A DNA stretch of 64,000 bases from Minisyncoccota bacterium (GTDB lineage Bacteria; Patescibacteriota; Minisyncoccia; Phycocordibacterales; UBA918). Each line of letters starts with the position of its first letter. The stretch's first letter is position 1. Of this stretch, positions 50,118 through 59,503 are shown piece after piece. The notes under the pieces are model-generated. The model ran no database searches. It was not told the DNA's origin and worked only from the letters and a program-made list of their open reading frames with translations. Position numbers and translations under genes: made by a program. The stretch is from NCBI GenBank assembly GCA_041389025.1, contig JAWKSP010000001.1, forward strand, positions 542,663-606,662, given 5' to 3'.

Positions 50118-52049
50118 TTATCTAACCTCAAAACCAACCTCTTTAACCACCTTATAAATCTTGTCCATATACGGATCAATTTCAGCGTCAGTTAAAGTTT
50201 TTTCATGTGACTGAAATACCAACCTAAAAGCATATGAAGTACGTCCATCTTTGGTAAATTCGTCAAACAAAGTGATTCTCACGCATAGTTCACCAACATT
50301 TTCTCTAAGTATTTTTTCTATTTCTTCCACAGCCGTATCCTCTGGCGCCCACATCGCAATATCACGCACAATTGCCGGATAAATTGAAAATGTCTGGTAG
50401 GTTATATTTGGCAATGGGGTACTTTCTTCATATTTATCGGGAGTGGGCATATTATAGATAAGTTCTGTTAAGTTTATTTCACAAACTCCCTGTTTTGCAC
50501 TTTGTTCTATAACAAACCCAGTTTCTTTCAAAACTTTTATTGCTTCGTTTACTATCAAATCATCTTTTGGTGAATAGCCGGTTTTTTTGATCCGACCTCC
50601 GATTGTCAAAACAGTATGTTCAACGGCTCTTCCGTCATCTTTGATGAAGACAGTTCCAATCTCGAACAACTTAACTTCACGTAAACCTAATACATCAATA
50701 TTTTGAACATTAAGCGATAAAGCTTTTTCAAGCTCCGGAAGTATACTTGATCTAATATACTCTTTATCACTAGCTAAAGCGTTTTGTAAGTGTATTTGGT
50801 CTTTATCCCTAAAAGATGTAGTTATAATTTCAGAAAAACCCAAACTGACTAAGATACTTCTTATTTTATCACTGTAATAATAATTTGAATTTATTTCGGC
50901 TAATGGTAATTTTTCCGGAGCAATTGAAATGATGTTGGCAAGTCCATAAATTCGTCCTATCTCATCAATATAATTTTCTTCAATTACTAGATCAACTCTG
51001 TCTTTTGGTGCTGTTACCAACCAACCTTTTTCCTTCTTATCAATTTTTGCGCCCAACCTAACCAATACATTTTCCATAAAGGATTCCTCTAAACTCAAAC
51101 CAAGTACCTGATTTACCCGAGTTGGACGAACTAAAACCTCAGGTAAAACTTGCGGTGCTAAATATTTGTCCGCCATACCCATAAATTCACCGCCGGCAAT
51201 TTCTTTGATTAATTTTACAATCGCCCGCATAGTGTATGGAGGCAAAGTGTTCGAAACTTCGTTTTCAAACCGCTTTGAGGCATCGGTCAAAATATTTAAA
51301 TTCCTAGCAGTCCTTCTGGTTAGGGTAGAATTAAAATTAGCTGCTTCTAAAATAATATTGGTAGTACCTTTATGTAGACCGGCGTAAGTACCACCCTTGA
51401 TTCCAGCTAAGGCCACCGCTTTATTATTCTCCTTGTTCACCACCAATAATTCTGTTCCTTTCAGTTCAATCTCTCTATCCTCACCACCAGCCTTTTCTGG
51501 TAATAAAGTAATGATTTCGTTTGCCTTGGCTTTTCTTACAACAAAACTCCACTTACCGTCTTTTTTAGAAAAAATATCCGCATCATAAACATGCATTGGT
51601 TGTCCTAATCCATACATCACGTAGTTAGTAGCATCAACTATATTATTGATAGACCGCTGCCCTAAGGTTTCCAGACGTTGTTTTAACCAATCTGGAGACG
51701 GACCAACTTTCACACCCTCCATCAAACCCAACATAAACCGTGAACAATCGTCCTTGTCTTCAATTTCTATATAAAAGCCATCATAAGTGGGAAATTTGAC
51801 TTCCTCTTTCAGTGGGTCATCAAGCATTTTTTTATTTAACAAAACAGCCAACTCAAGTGCAATTCCTCGGTGTGACAGACAACTACTGGCTCTATCCGGT
51901 AAAACATTAACTTCGATCTGAGTATCGCCATCAATCTCTTCCGTACCCTCAATTTCAAAAGCATGAAAAGTCAACAACTCCACCACTTCTTCAACCGGAG
52001 GTAAACCTTCACCTAAATAATCTTTTAACCAATTATAAGATATCAACAT
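50118..52049 (-). CDS. pheT: Phenylalanyl-tRNA synthetase beta subunit (short form, 643 aa)
   Basis: MLISYNWLKDYL N-terminus, B3/4 and B5 regions, C-terminal FDEF...YAFRL motif. Directly follows pheS. Confidence 0.88.
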   Translation of the reverse strand: MLISYNWLKDYLGEGLPPVEEVVELLTFHAFEIEGTEEIDGDTQIEVNVLPDRASSCLSHRGIALELAVLLNKKMLDDPLKEEVKFPTYDGFYIEIEDKDDCSRFMLGLMEGVKVGPSPDWLKQRLETLGQRSINNIVDATNYVMYGLGQPMHVYDADIFSKKDGKWSFVVRKAKANEIITLLPEKAGGEDREIELKGTELLVVNKENNKAVALAGIKGGTYAGLHKGTTNIILEAANFNSTLTRRTARNLNILTDASKRFENEVSNTLPPYTMRAIVKLIKEIAGGEFMGMADKYLAPQVLPEVLVRPTRVNQVLGLSLEESFMENVLVRLGAKIDKKEKGWLVTAPKDRVDLVIEENYIDEIGRIYGLANIISIAPEKLPLAEINSNYYYSDKIRSILVSLGFSEIITTSFRDKDQIHLQNALASDKEYIRSSILPELEKALSLNVQNIDVLGLREVKLFEIGTVFIKDDGRAVEHTVLTIGGRIKKTGYSPKDDLIVNEAIKVLKETGFVIEQSAKQGVCEINLTELIYNMPTPDKYEESTPLPNITYQTFSIYPAIVRDIAMWAPEDTAVEEIEKILRENVGELCVRITLFDEFTKDGRTSYAFRLVFQSHEKTLTDAEIDPYMDKIYKVVKEVGFEVR

Positions 52050-52058
52050 ACATTAAAT

Positions 52059-52796
52059 TTAAAATTGATTAACTAAACGCAAATCACCGGTGTAAAGATT
52101 CCTGACGTCATCAATTCCGTACTTAATCATAATTAGACGGTCAATTCCGCCACCAAAAGCGTATCCGGTATACTTCTCAGTATCAATTCCAGATTCTCTA
52201 AGAACATTTGGATGCACCATACCAGCCCCAAATATCTCTACCCACTTTCCTTTAAGTTTACTTTCTCCAGACAATAGTCGCATATCAACCTCTAACCCAG
52301 GTTCTACAAACGGAAAATAGCTAGGACGAAAACGTACCTCAACTTCACCTTTCAAAAAGTTTGAAAAAAAATATTCTAACACTCCTTTTAAATGTCCAAG
52401 ATTAATATTTTCATCAACACACAAACCTTCCAACTGGTAAAATTGCGCCTCATGAGTAGCATCAGTTGCTTCATTTCGAAAAACTTTCCCTGGAACAATG
52501 ATACGTATTGGTGGCTTATGACTATCCATATAGCGAGCTTGCACTGGTGAAGTATGAGTTCTTAGTACAGTTGGTTCATTTACATACTCATCTTTTAACC
52601 AAAAAGTATCCTGCATATCGCGTGACGGATGATCTTTTGCCACATTTAAGCGGTCAAAATTATATAATTCTTTCTCCATTTCCGGACCTTCAGCTAAAGA
52701 AAAGCCAATCCGAGAAAATATATCGTTTATTTCAGCAATAGTGGCTGTTATTGGGTGTCTGTGTCCCTCCTTTTTTATCATAGATTTATTTAGCAT
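52059..52796 (-). CDS. pheS: Phenylalanyl-tRNA synthetase alpha subunit (catalytic core only, 245 aa)
   Basis: HPITATI...DHPSRDMQDTFW, FRNEATDATHEAQFYQLEG and GAGMVHPNVL class II motifs. Confidence 0.88.
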   Translation of the reverse strand: MLNKSMIKKEGHRHPITATIAEINDIFSRIGFSLAEGPEMEKELYNFDRLNVAKDHPSRDMQDTFWLKDEYVNEPTVLRTHTSPVQARYMDSHKPPIRIIVPGKVFRNEATDATHEAQFYQLEGLCVDENINLGHLKGVLEYFFSNFLKGEVEVRFRPSYFPFVEPGLEVDMRLLSGESKLKGKWVEIFGAGMVHPNVLRESGIDTEKYTGYAFGGGIDRLIMIKYGIDDVRNLYTGDLRLVNQF

Positions 52797-52811
52797 ACTA
52801 ACACATAATAT

Positions 52812-53966
52812 CTATCCGCCAATCAGTTCAGTAAATACTTCAAAATACTGACCATTGTCATTAACAAAAATAGCTCCTCCATAAATAATCATTTCTAAAT
52901 CAGTTCCAAGATAAAGCAATTGTGAATTCTGCCAAGATCGATCGTCAATTTCTGTCACGTAAATACCATCTTCAAGTTGTAATAAAACTAAATTTGAACC
53001 GGTTGGTAAAAAATTAAAATCAATTACTCTTTTACCCATTCTGTCTATCATTATTTCATTCCGACAAGAACGTTCTTGTTCACTGTCAGATAAAATATTT
53101 GTAGCATCATAAGACTCTATTTCTTCTTGATTCTTAGAAAAACCAATGAAACTCATTCTCGATTTTGCTACATCAGATAATTTTGTCTCACAAAAATAGT
53201 AAGGTGGTCTTTTGGTTTCCGGTAGAATTGCCACAAACACATCTTCATTTTTTTTATAAAGCTGTAAATCGTCATGTTTAATCGTAGAGGTAGCAGTACT
53301 GGAACTATAATCAATAACCAGTCCGTCAGTCGCAAAATTAAATTTAGATTGATTTTTACTAGCTTCAATTTTATTTAAAAGTGCCGTAGTTGACGCCTTT
53401 TCAAAAAATAAATCTTTCAATAAAACATATTCGGGGTTGACTTCATAAGTGCTAGTGGCAGTACTGGTTGATATAATATAGGGTAAAGAACTTGAAGCTG
53501 AAGTCAATATAGCCGGCTTGTTTTTAAAATAAACAGCTTCCCCATCTGTCGTTTCAAACTCAGTTACAGGTCTCAATTGTGGTGTTAAGGGTAAGTTAAA
53601 AGCCTCAGCTTCTATAACAACTTGCGAAATAACCATTAATTCCTTTACCCAAGTGTGTAGTTCCGGTGACTGGACATGCACACGATGTAAACCAGGCTCT
53701 ATACCTTGTATGTAATAAGATTTACTAAATAATCTAGTCTTTCCTGTTACCTCAGTTTCATCTATATAGATGGCTCCATCATATTCATTAGCTAAATATA
53801 ACCCTCCTGTTGCAGTTATAATTGGCTCATCAGACACCACAGTGTATCGATAACCAATCGCATAAAAAATGAATACCGGTAAACTTAAAACAAACAAAAC
53901 CACAGCACTTATAAAAATAAAATTCCTATGAGTATATGATAAAGGTTTTATAGTTGGTTCTTCCAT
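52812..53966 (-). CDS. Hypothetical single-pass membrane protein with a large extracytoplasmic domain; likely operon partner of the upstream GT2 synthase
   Basis: N-terminal TM helix. Only a 6-nt gap separates it from the GT2 gene stop. Confidence 0.45.
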   Translation of the reverse strand: MEEPTIKPLSYTHRNFIFISAVVLFVLSLPVFIFYAIGYRYTVVSDEPIITATGGLYLANEYDGAIYIDETEVTGKTRLFSKSYYIQGIEPGLHRVHVQSPELHTWVKELMVISQVVIEAEAFNLPLTPQLRPVTEFETTDGEAVYFKNKPAILTSASSSLPYIISTSTATSTYEVNPEYVLLKDLFFEKASTTALLNKIEASKNQSKFNFATDGLVIDYSSSTATSTIKHDDLQLYKKNEDVFVAILPETKRPPYYFCETKLSDVAKSRMSFIGFSKNQEEIESYDATNILSDSEQERSCRNEIMIDRMGKRVIDFNFLPTGSNLVLLQLEDGIYVTEIDDRSWQNSQLLYLGTDLEMIIYGGAIFVNDNGQYFEVFTELIGG

Positions 53967-53972
53967 AGATAA

Positions 53973-55547
53973 TTAACGTGTTTTAGGTGTCACCCAAAAT
54001 CCCATATAACGACCAAACATCAGTCTGGTTTGAGCATCAAGTCCTGGTATAGCGCTAAAAATAATCATTGTGGCTGGGATCATAATCCATTGTACAGCCA
54101 TTACCACGTAATGAAAACGACTCCTATGTTCAGGTCTATCCGGTATTAGAGTAAGAGAAATCATGGATGACACCACCAAACCAAACATCGCCAAAATAAG
54201 TAACGTTTCAACTACTATTGGCAAACTAAAAGATAGAACCGATTGATGAAAATCGTGTCCACCAAGATAAATTGGTGCCCAACCCAAGATAAACAACATA
54301 ATTGGATTAGTAACTAAAGACCAATACCCTTCTGCCTGTTGAAAAGCGATGGTTAGCTTCTTTTTTAGAGATATTTTTTTATTTTGAGTAAAGTGGTACA
54401 AAATGTAACAAAGATTCTCTACCCCATAAGTCCAACGTCGGTGTTGCTTATATATCTGAACCAGTGTCCTAAAAAAAGTGGGAGCGGCGTTGGCATCCAT
54501 CGATACTGGATAAGACAACGGTATCACGTCATACTCACCATCATTAGCCATTAGAAGGTTCCAAAAGATACGTGAGTCTTCACTAACCATGTTTCTTTGC
54601 CAATAACCAACCTCATATAGAGCTTGGAAACTTACAGAATGGGAAGAAAAAGTTGCCATTCGCTCTGGTCTTTCTTGTTGTACCATTTCCCAAAAAGTAC
54701 TACTCATCGCTACTACTCGAGAAATTGCTGGCGCATCCCAAATATTATTATTAAAAATTGGAACCGGTTGAAATGAACTTTTAAGGGGTCTTTTTGCGTT
54801 TAAAAAATGCCAAATTAAACAGTTAAAATAATCTGGATATAAAACTGTATCAATATCAAATATCGACACTAACGTATCTGTATAATTTATATGATTTGGA
54901 TCAAGTACATCTTGACGTAACACTTCAATAGCATAAGCTGAGTTTGAACCTTTTCCAGCCATATCGCCCGGTAAGCCGATCGGATGAATAACTGTTTTAA
55001 AAAAACCAAACTTGCTAGCATATTTTTCTTTCATTTCTGAACAAATTCTAGCTGTTTCTTCACCACCACTTTCTTCTCCAGATAATAATACGATTATTTT
55101 TTTGTGGTCATAATTAACTTTAGTCAAAGATTCTAAACTAGCCTCAACCACCGAAGCTGGTTCCTTATAAAAAGGTAAAACAACCACATGATAAATATGA
55201 CCATATCTATACTTACCGATAAACTCTTTCCAATTTAATTTCATGTGACACTGTAGACGCTTCCAGTTATACCGTAAGTGGTAAGATAAAAAAGCAGTTT
55301 TTAAAACCCAATAAAGTGCAAATGCGATAATAAAATAAGCGGCAATAAATGGCTTGTATATGGATAAAAGAACTACTCCAATTAAAGTCAACCAAGATAC
55401 TAACCCTGGTAAAATTTCTAAAACACGATAAAAAGTCCGTCGCTTACCAGACAGATCAGTAGCTCGTCCGACATGAAAGTCATCACGTCGAGCGTAAGGT
55501 AATAAATGCTCTTGGTTGGAGCTTTTCATAAAATAGAATAAAAGCAA
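53973..55547 (-). CDS. Membrane-integrated processive family-2 glycosyltransferase (cellulose/chitin/hyaluronan-synthase-like)
   Basis: N- and C-terminal TM helices. Catalytic motifs DxD (FDIDTV), SED, and Q-x-x-R-W (YKQHRRWTYG). Confidence 0.72.
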   Translation of the reverse strand: MLLFYFMKSSNQEHLLPYARRDDFHVGRATDLSGKRRTFYRVLEILPGLVSWLTLIGVVLLSIYKPFIAAYFIIAFALYWVLKTAFLSYHLRYNWKRLQCHMKLNWKEFIGKYRYGHIYHVVVLPFYKEPASVVEASLESLTKVNYDHKKIIVLLSGEESGGEETARICSEMKEKYASKFGFFKTVIHPIGLPGDMAGKGSNSAYAIEVLRQDVLDPNHINYTDTLVSIFDIDTVLYPDYFNCLIWHFLNAKRPLKSSFQPVPIFNNNIWDAPAISRVVAMSSTFWEMVQQERPERMATFSSHSVSFQALYEVGYWQRNMVSEDSRIFWNLLMANDGEYDVIPLSYPVSMDANAAPTFFRTLVQIYKQHRRWTYGVENLCYILYHFTQNKKISLKKKLTIAFQQAEGYWSLVTNPIMLFILGWAPIYLGGHDFHQSVLSFSLPIVVETLLILAMFGLVVSSMISLTLIPDRPEHRSRFHYVVMAVQWIMIPATMIIFSAIPGLDAQTRLMFGRYMGFWVTPKTR

Positions 55548-55605
55548 ATATACAGCAAACCAATCTAAAAATAAAGGCTTAATATACCTATATTTGAATT
55601 TATCG

Positions 55606-55667
55606 TTATAAAACAGGTGTAATAAAATAAGTTCTTAAGAACTTATTTTATTACACCTGTTTTATAA
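55606..55667. terminator. ~60-nt perfect palindrome (AAAACAGGTGTAATAAAATAAGTTCTT / AAGAACTTATTTTATTACACCTGTTTT); bidirectional terminator separating the tRNA locus from the GT2 operon
   Basis: Read directly; the centre is CTTAAG. Confidence 0.65.
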
Positions 55668-55683
55668 TCTATCAGAAATTATT

Positions 55684-55842
55684 CTGAGCCACCTCTCGGA
55701 TTAGTACCACAAGAGCATTTCCGAAATTATAGTCGAGTGGAACTCTCCTTAATTTCTAGGTCAACCGAGGACTATTCGGTTTACAAAACTTTAAAACAGT
55801 CTCCCAGACTGTTTTAACTCTAACCAGCTGAGCTAAGGTGTT
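55684..55842 (-). pseudogene. tRNA-Thr-like copy disrupted by two insertions (27-nt hairpin insert in the anticodon arm; ~60-nt insert in the T-loop)
   Basis: Collinear with the intact tRNA-Thr: the same D-arm, the TTTTGTAAACCG anticodon-loop segment and the 3' TCCGAGAGGTGGCTCA. The acceptor 5' end is mismatched (AACACCT vs GCCACCT) and the anticodon stem 5' half is replaced. Confidence 0.35.
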
Positions 55843-55870
55843 CTTCAAAATAGATTTAGAAATGTATCTG

Positions 55871-55944
55871 AGCCACCTCTCGGATTCGAACCGAGGACCT
55901 ACGGTTTACAAAACCGTTGCTCTAACCAACTGAGCTAAGGTGGC
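55871..55944 (-). tRNA. tRNA-Thr (anticodon UGU)
   Basis: Reverse complement gives GCCACCT-TA-GCTCAGTTGGTTAGAGC-A-ACGGT-TTTGTAA-ACCGT-AGGTC-CTCGG-TTCGAAT-CCGAG-AGGTGGC-T: a full cloverleaf with a 7-bp acceptor, U33 and A37. CCA is not encoded. Confidence 0.85.
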
Positions 55945-56094
55945 GATTTTACTCTCAATTATTGCACATCTTACTTTTACTAAGCGGTTTTGTAAATGTT
56001 TACAAAACCTCAGCGGACCGCATATTCATTTTCTACTTTGGAGGTAGAAAATTTCATTGCGTCTGCTTAAGAAAAATATAGTCCTAGCAAGCTA

Positions 56095-56125
56095 CTCTTT
56101 ATTTTTCTTATCTAACCAACTGAGC
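56095..56125 (-). other. Orphan fragment matching the 5' acceptor/D-arm of tRNA-Thr (GCCACTTAGCTCAGTTGGTTAGA)
   Basis: 23 of 25 nt identical to the 5' part of the intact tRNA-Thr. No matching 3' half nearby. Confidence 0.3.
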
Positions 56126-56205
56126 TAAGTGGCGATGTGGGCTATATCTTAAGCTGATTTGCAAAAAAGTGCAATAGTTAACTACTCTGTTTTATTATCC
56201 GGTTA

Positions 56206-56643
56206 TTAACCTCTTTCCAACTTTTTTGCTAGCAACTTCTTCTTCTGTGCTTCAGTTAAAGCTACTGAGGCTTTATGATCAGCCATCATGTGTAAATGTC
56301 CTTCTTTTTTTATTTTTTTCTTTTCAGTTTTTATAACTTTAGCTCGGTCACGATTCCTTAAAAATAACCTTTCCAATTTATCATAAACTTTTATAAGTGT
56401 AGTCAATATTACACGCAAAAACTTATGAACACTATAATACCAAGATAATTTTACAATATGTCGACTAAAGTAGTTAAACCAATGTAAAAAAAAGTTGGTA
56501 ACAGCAACTACCACCGAGTCAAATACACCCCGTAATTTAGAAAAAAGAACCCGCTTACCTAAATTATTTTCAATTGTCAGCAATATACTTAGAGTAATAA
56601 ACAAGAAAACGGATAGGAAAAATATATGTCCTATACCAAACAT
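56206..56643 (-). CDS. Hypothetical membrane protein with a Lys-rich C-terminus, immediately downstream of tsf
   Basis: Two or three TM helices. 3-nt gap to the tsf stop. Confidence 0.45.
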   Translation of the reverse strand: MFGIGHIFFLSVFLFITLSILLTIENNLGKRVLFSKLRGVFDSVVVAVTNFFLHWFNYFSRHIVKLSWYYSVHKFLRVILTTLIKVYDKLERLFLRNRDRAKVIKTEKKKIKKEGHLHMMADHKASVALTEAQKKKLLAKKLERG

Positions 56644-56645
56644 GT

Positions 56646-57230
56646 TTATTTGACTGACAGACGTGATATTTTAACTACCGAAACGTTTTCACCAAATTTC
56701 TGTACTGCTCCTTTAACCATGTCACCAATAGTTACCTCAGGGTTTTTTATAAATGGTTGCTCAAGTAATATCTGATCCTTAAAGTATGAAGCCAGCTTTC
56801 CTTCCATTATCTTTTCTTGCATTTCCTTCGGTTTTCCTTCCACCTCAGGCTTAAACACCTCTTTAGCCTTTTCAATTACTTCCGCTGGTAATTCATCTTT
56901 AGATATATAAGTTGGACTAGTAGCCGCCACTTGCATAGCAATCTCTCGAGCCATTGCTATAAACTCTTCATTCTTTGAAACAAAGTCCGTCTCACAAGCT
57001 AATAAAACCATCGCTGCCACTTCATTGGTATTGTGTACATAAGAACCAACAGCCCCTGCACCTAATTCACGATCTGATTTTTTATCGGCAGCTTCACTTC
57101 TCCTTTTCTTTAGAATGATAACAGCCTTCTCCATATCACCATCGGCTTCTTCCAAAGCTTTTTTACACTGCATGACTGAAATACCAGTCTTATCTCTTAA
57201 TTCTTTTAATTGAGCTGATGTTATTTCCAT
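56646..57230 (-). CDS. tsf: Elongation factor Ts (short form)
   Basis: N-terminal UBA-like LRDKTGISVMQCKKALEEADGDMEKAV. Follows rpsB. Confidence 0.9.
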   Translation of the reverse strand: MEITSAQLKELRDKTGISVMQCKKALEEADGDMEKAVIILKKRRSEAADKKSDRELGAGAVGSYVHNTNEVAAMVLLACETDFVSKNEEFIAMAREIAMQVAATSPTYISKDELPAEVIEKAKEVFKPEVEGKPKEMQEKIMEGKLASYFKDQILLEQPFIKNPEVTIGDMVKGAVQKFGENVSVVKISRLSVK

Positions 57231-57293
57231 ACAAAGATCAAGTTAAATTTAAAAACTATAATAAAAACTATATATACCTAGATGCGCCAGTAA

Positions 57294-58040
57294 TTATGAT
57301 CGTCTAGTTTCAGTTCTGGTAGATTGTTTTGGTACATAAGCTTCTTTTCCTTCAGTAAAAGACTTAACCAGTTCATCTACAACTAAGCTTATACTATCTT
57401 GCAGTGAGTCATTTACCAAGACTGGGTAGTTGACTTCTTTAATATTACAATCAGAACTCATAATACCGATAATTGGAATTTTCATGTCGTTAGCCTCCTT
57501 AACAGCTATGTGGTCATACCTCGGATCAACCACAATCATCAAGTCCGGTAATTTAACCAAGTTACTGATACCTTTAAAATTAAAATTCAAGTTATCGATT
57601 TCTCTAGAAATCATTAATCTCTCTTTTTTAGTGTATTTTCTTTCAGCTTCTCCAGACTCTCGTTCTTTTGTCAACATATCCAAACGAGCAATTCTTTTCT
57701 TTATCTCAGAAAAATTAGTTAAAACACCACCAATCCAACGATTAGAAACGTAGGGCATTTCTACTTTTTCACCAGCGTTTTTTACTACTTTTACTACCTC
57801 ATCTTTAGTACCGACAAACATTATAGTTTTTCCGGTAAGACCAGCCTGCTTAACAGCTTCTTTGGCTTTTTCAAGCAGGTCAGCGGTTTGTTCTAGGTTA
57901 AAAATATCATTACCTTCTTTAGTGCCAAATAAAAATGGCGCCACAGTTGGATGACGACGACTTTTCTTGAAGCCAAAATGAGCACCTGCTTTAAACAGAC
58001 GTTCAATTAATGTTGAATTATTATTAGTTTGTGTTGACAT
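57294..58040 (-). CDS. rpsB: 30S ribosomal protein S2
   Basis: AGAHFGFKKSRRHPTVAPFLFG and IIGIMSSDCN blocks. Confidence 0.92.
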   Translation of the reverse strand: MSTQTNNNSTLIERLFKAGAHFGFKKSRRHPTVAPFLFGTKEGNDIFNLEQTADLLEKAKEAVKQAGLTGKTIMFVGTKDEVVKVVKNAGEKVEMPYVSNRWIGGVLTNFSEIKKRIARLDMLTKERESGEAERKYTKKERLMISREIDNLNFNFKGISNLVKLPDLMIVVDPRYDHIAVKEANDMKIPIIGIMSSDCNIKEVNYPVLVNDSLQDSISLVVDELVKSFTEGKEAYVPKQSTRTETRRS

Positions 58041-58105
58041 AAATAAATACTAAGCAAAAAAGCGCGAGGCGCTTAAGCAGGGTGATGTTAGCATATCCAT
58101 CACCG

Positions 58106-59089
58106 CTATGCAACCGCCTGGCTATCATCATTGGCTACTTTAGTTAAAGAATCGAACATATCATCCAATTCACCCTTCATTACTCCTTCAATATTATGCC
58201 AAGATTCTTTGATTCTATGGTCAGTAATGCGGTTTTGTGGAAAATTATAAGTCCTAATCTTCTCCGAACGATCACCGGTACCAATCTGATTTTTTCTTTC
58301 TGAAGCATGATTTTTTGCTTGCTCCTCTTCGTGCATAGCTTCCAATTTTGCAACCAAAATACTCATAGCTTTTTCACGATTTTTTAATTGCGATCGCTCA
58401 CTTTGACTTCTAACCTCTACCCCAGTTGGTATATGCACTAAGCGTACTGCCGTTTCAACTTTGTTTACATTTTGTCCACCAGCACCACCAGACCTTGAAA
58501 AATCCATTGCTATATCACTCGGGTTTATTTCAATCGTTGGTTTTTTACGTAAAGGCAGAATAGCCACAGAAGCAGTAGAAGTATGGATACGACCAGATTT
58601 TTCTGTTACCGGTATACGTTGCACTCTGTGTACTCCAGTTTCGTAGCGAAACTTATCATACGCCTTAGGATTTAGTATTTCAAAAGCCGCTTCTTTATAG
58701 CCACCAGAAGTTGACCTAGATTCATGTTCAACTGAAGTAAACCATCCATTTATGGTTGCGTATTGCAAATACATTTGTGCCAACTCTTCAGCAAATAAAG
58801 CCGCTTCATCACCACCAGCTCCAGCTCTTACTTCAAGCACCACACCGTAAGGTCTTTCTTCCTCTTCTCTTGAAGATTCAATTATACGCTTCATTTCTTC
58901 GTATAAAGTTTTTCTCTGTTCTTCCAAAGACTCAATTTCTTCTACTGCCAACTCAGACATTTCCGGTTCATCAACAGCTAGCTTTTTAGCTGACTCCTGT
59001 TTTTTTGTAAGTTCGTCAAATTGCCCAGCCAAAAATTGGGTTTTTTGATTATCTCTGAATAATTGAATTTCTTCTTCGTTATATTCCAT
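58106..59089 (-). CDS. prfA: Peptide chain release factor 1
   Basis: GGQ motif ([17 protein letters not shown]) and a PxT-type codon-recognition tripeptide (PVT in [14 protein letters not shown]). Confidence 0.85.
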   Translation of the reverse strand: MEYNEEEIQLFRDNQKTQFLAGQFDELTKKQESAKKLAVDEPEMSELAVEEIESLEEQRKTLYEEMKRIIESSREEEERPYGVVLEVRAGAGGDEAALFAEELAQMYLQYATINGWFTSVEHESRSTSGGYKEAAFEILNPKAYDKFRYETGVHRVQRIPVTEKSGRIHTSTASVAILPLRKKPTIEINPSDIAMDFSRSGGAGGQNVNKVETAVRLVHIPTGVEVRSQSERSQLKNREKAMSILVAKLEAMHEEEQAKNHASERKNQIGTGDRSEKIRTYNFPQNRITDHRIKESWHNIEGVMKGELDDMFDSLTKVANDDSQAVA

Positions 59090-59092
59090 ATT

Positions 59093-59150
59093 TTAAAGTT
59101 TACCGTAAATACAAAAAGACCACCACTTGGATAATTATCAGTTGGTGGTC
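59093..59150 (-). terminator. Intrinsic terminator hairpin downstream of rpmE (GACCACCAACTG...CCAAGTGGTGGTC then T5 on the minus strand)
   Basis: ~11-bp stem with one bulge; the T-run is on the minus-strand side. Confidence 0.5.
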
Positions 59151-59157
59151 AGTCTGG

Positions 59158-59427
59158 TTATTTTTTCTTTCGACTATTACCGGCTTGTGATGCTCTAGCT
59201 TTAAATCTTTCCACTCGGCCGGCAGTATCCATCACTTTCTCTTGTCCGGTATAAAATGGATGAGAAGCACTGGAAACATCAACGTAAGCGATTGGATACT
59301 CCACGCCATCAGTCCACTTTTCAGTAGCGGCGGCTTTAATAGTTGACCCAACTAAAAAACGTTCACCACTAGAGTTATCATGGAAAATAACGAGTCGGTA
59401 ATTATCTGGATGAATTTCGGCTTTCAT
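59158..59427 (-). CDS. rpmE: 50S ribosomal protein L31
   Basis: MKAEIHPDNY...HPFYTG L31 signature. Confidence 0.88.
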   Translation of the reverse strand: MKAEIHPDNYRLVIFHDNSSGERFLVGSTIKAAATEKWTDGVEYPIAYVDVSSASHPFYTGQEKVMDTAGRVERFKARASQAGNSRKKK

Positions 59428-59503
59428 ATGTGCGACACACTATAGCAAATATTTATATTTTAGCAACCATATTCTCAGTAATACTTTCTATTTTTAATTT
59501 AAA

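Noticed and set aside
55684-55842. Functional intron-containing tRNA (Pro-GGG or Thr)
   Set aside because: The acceptor 5' strand does not pair with the 3' strand (AA vs GC), and the anticodon stem is not restored after removing the inserts in any simple way. It is more consistent with a decayed duplicate.
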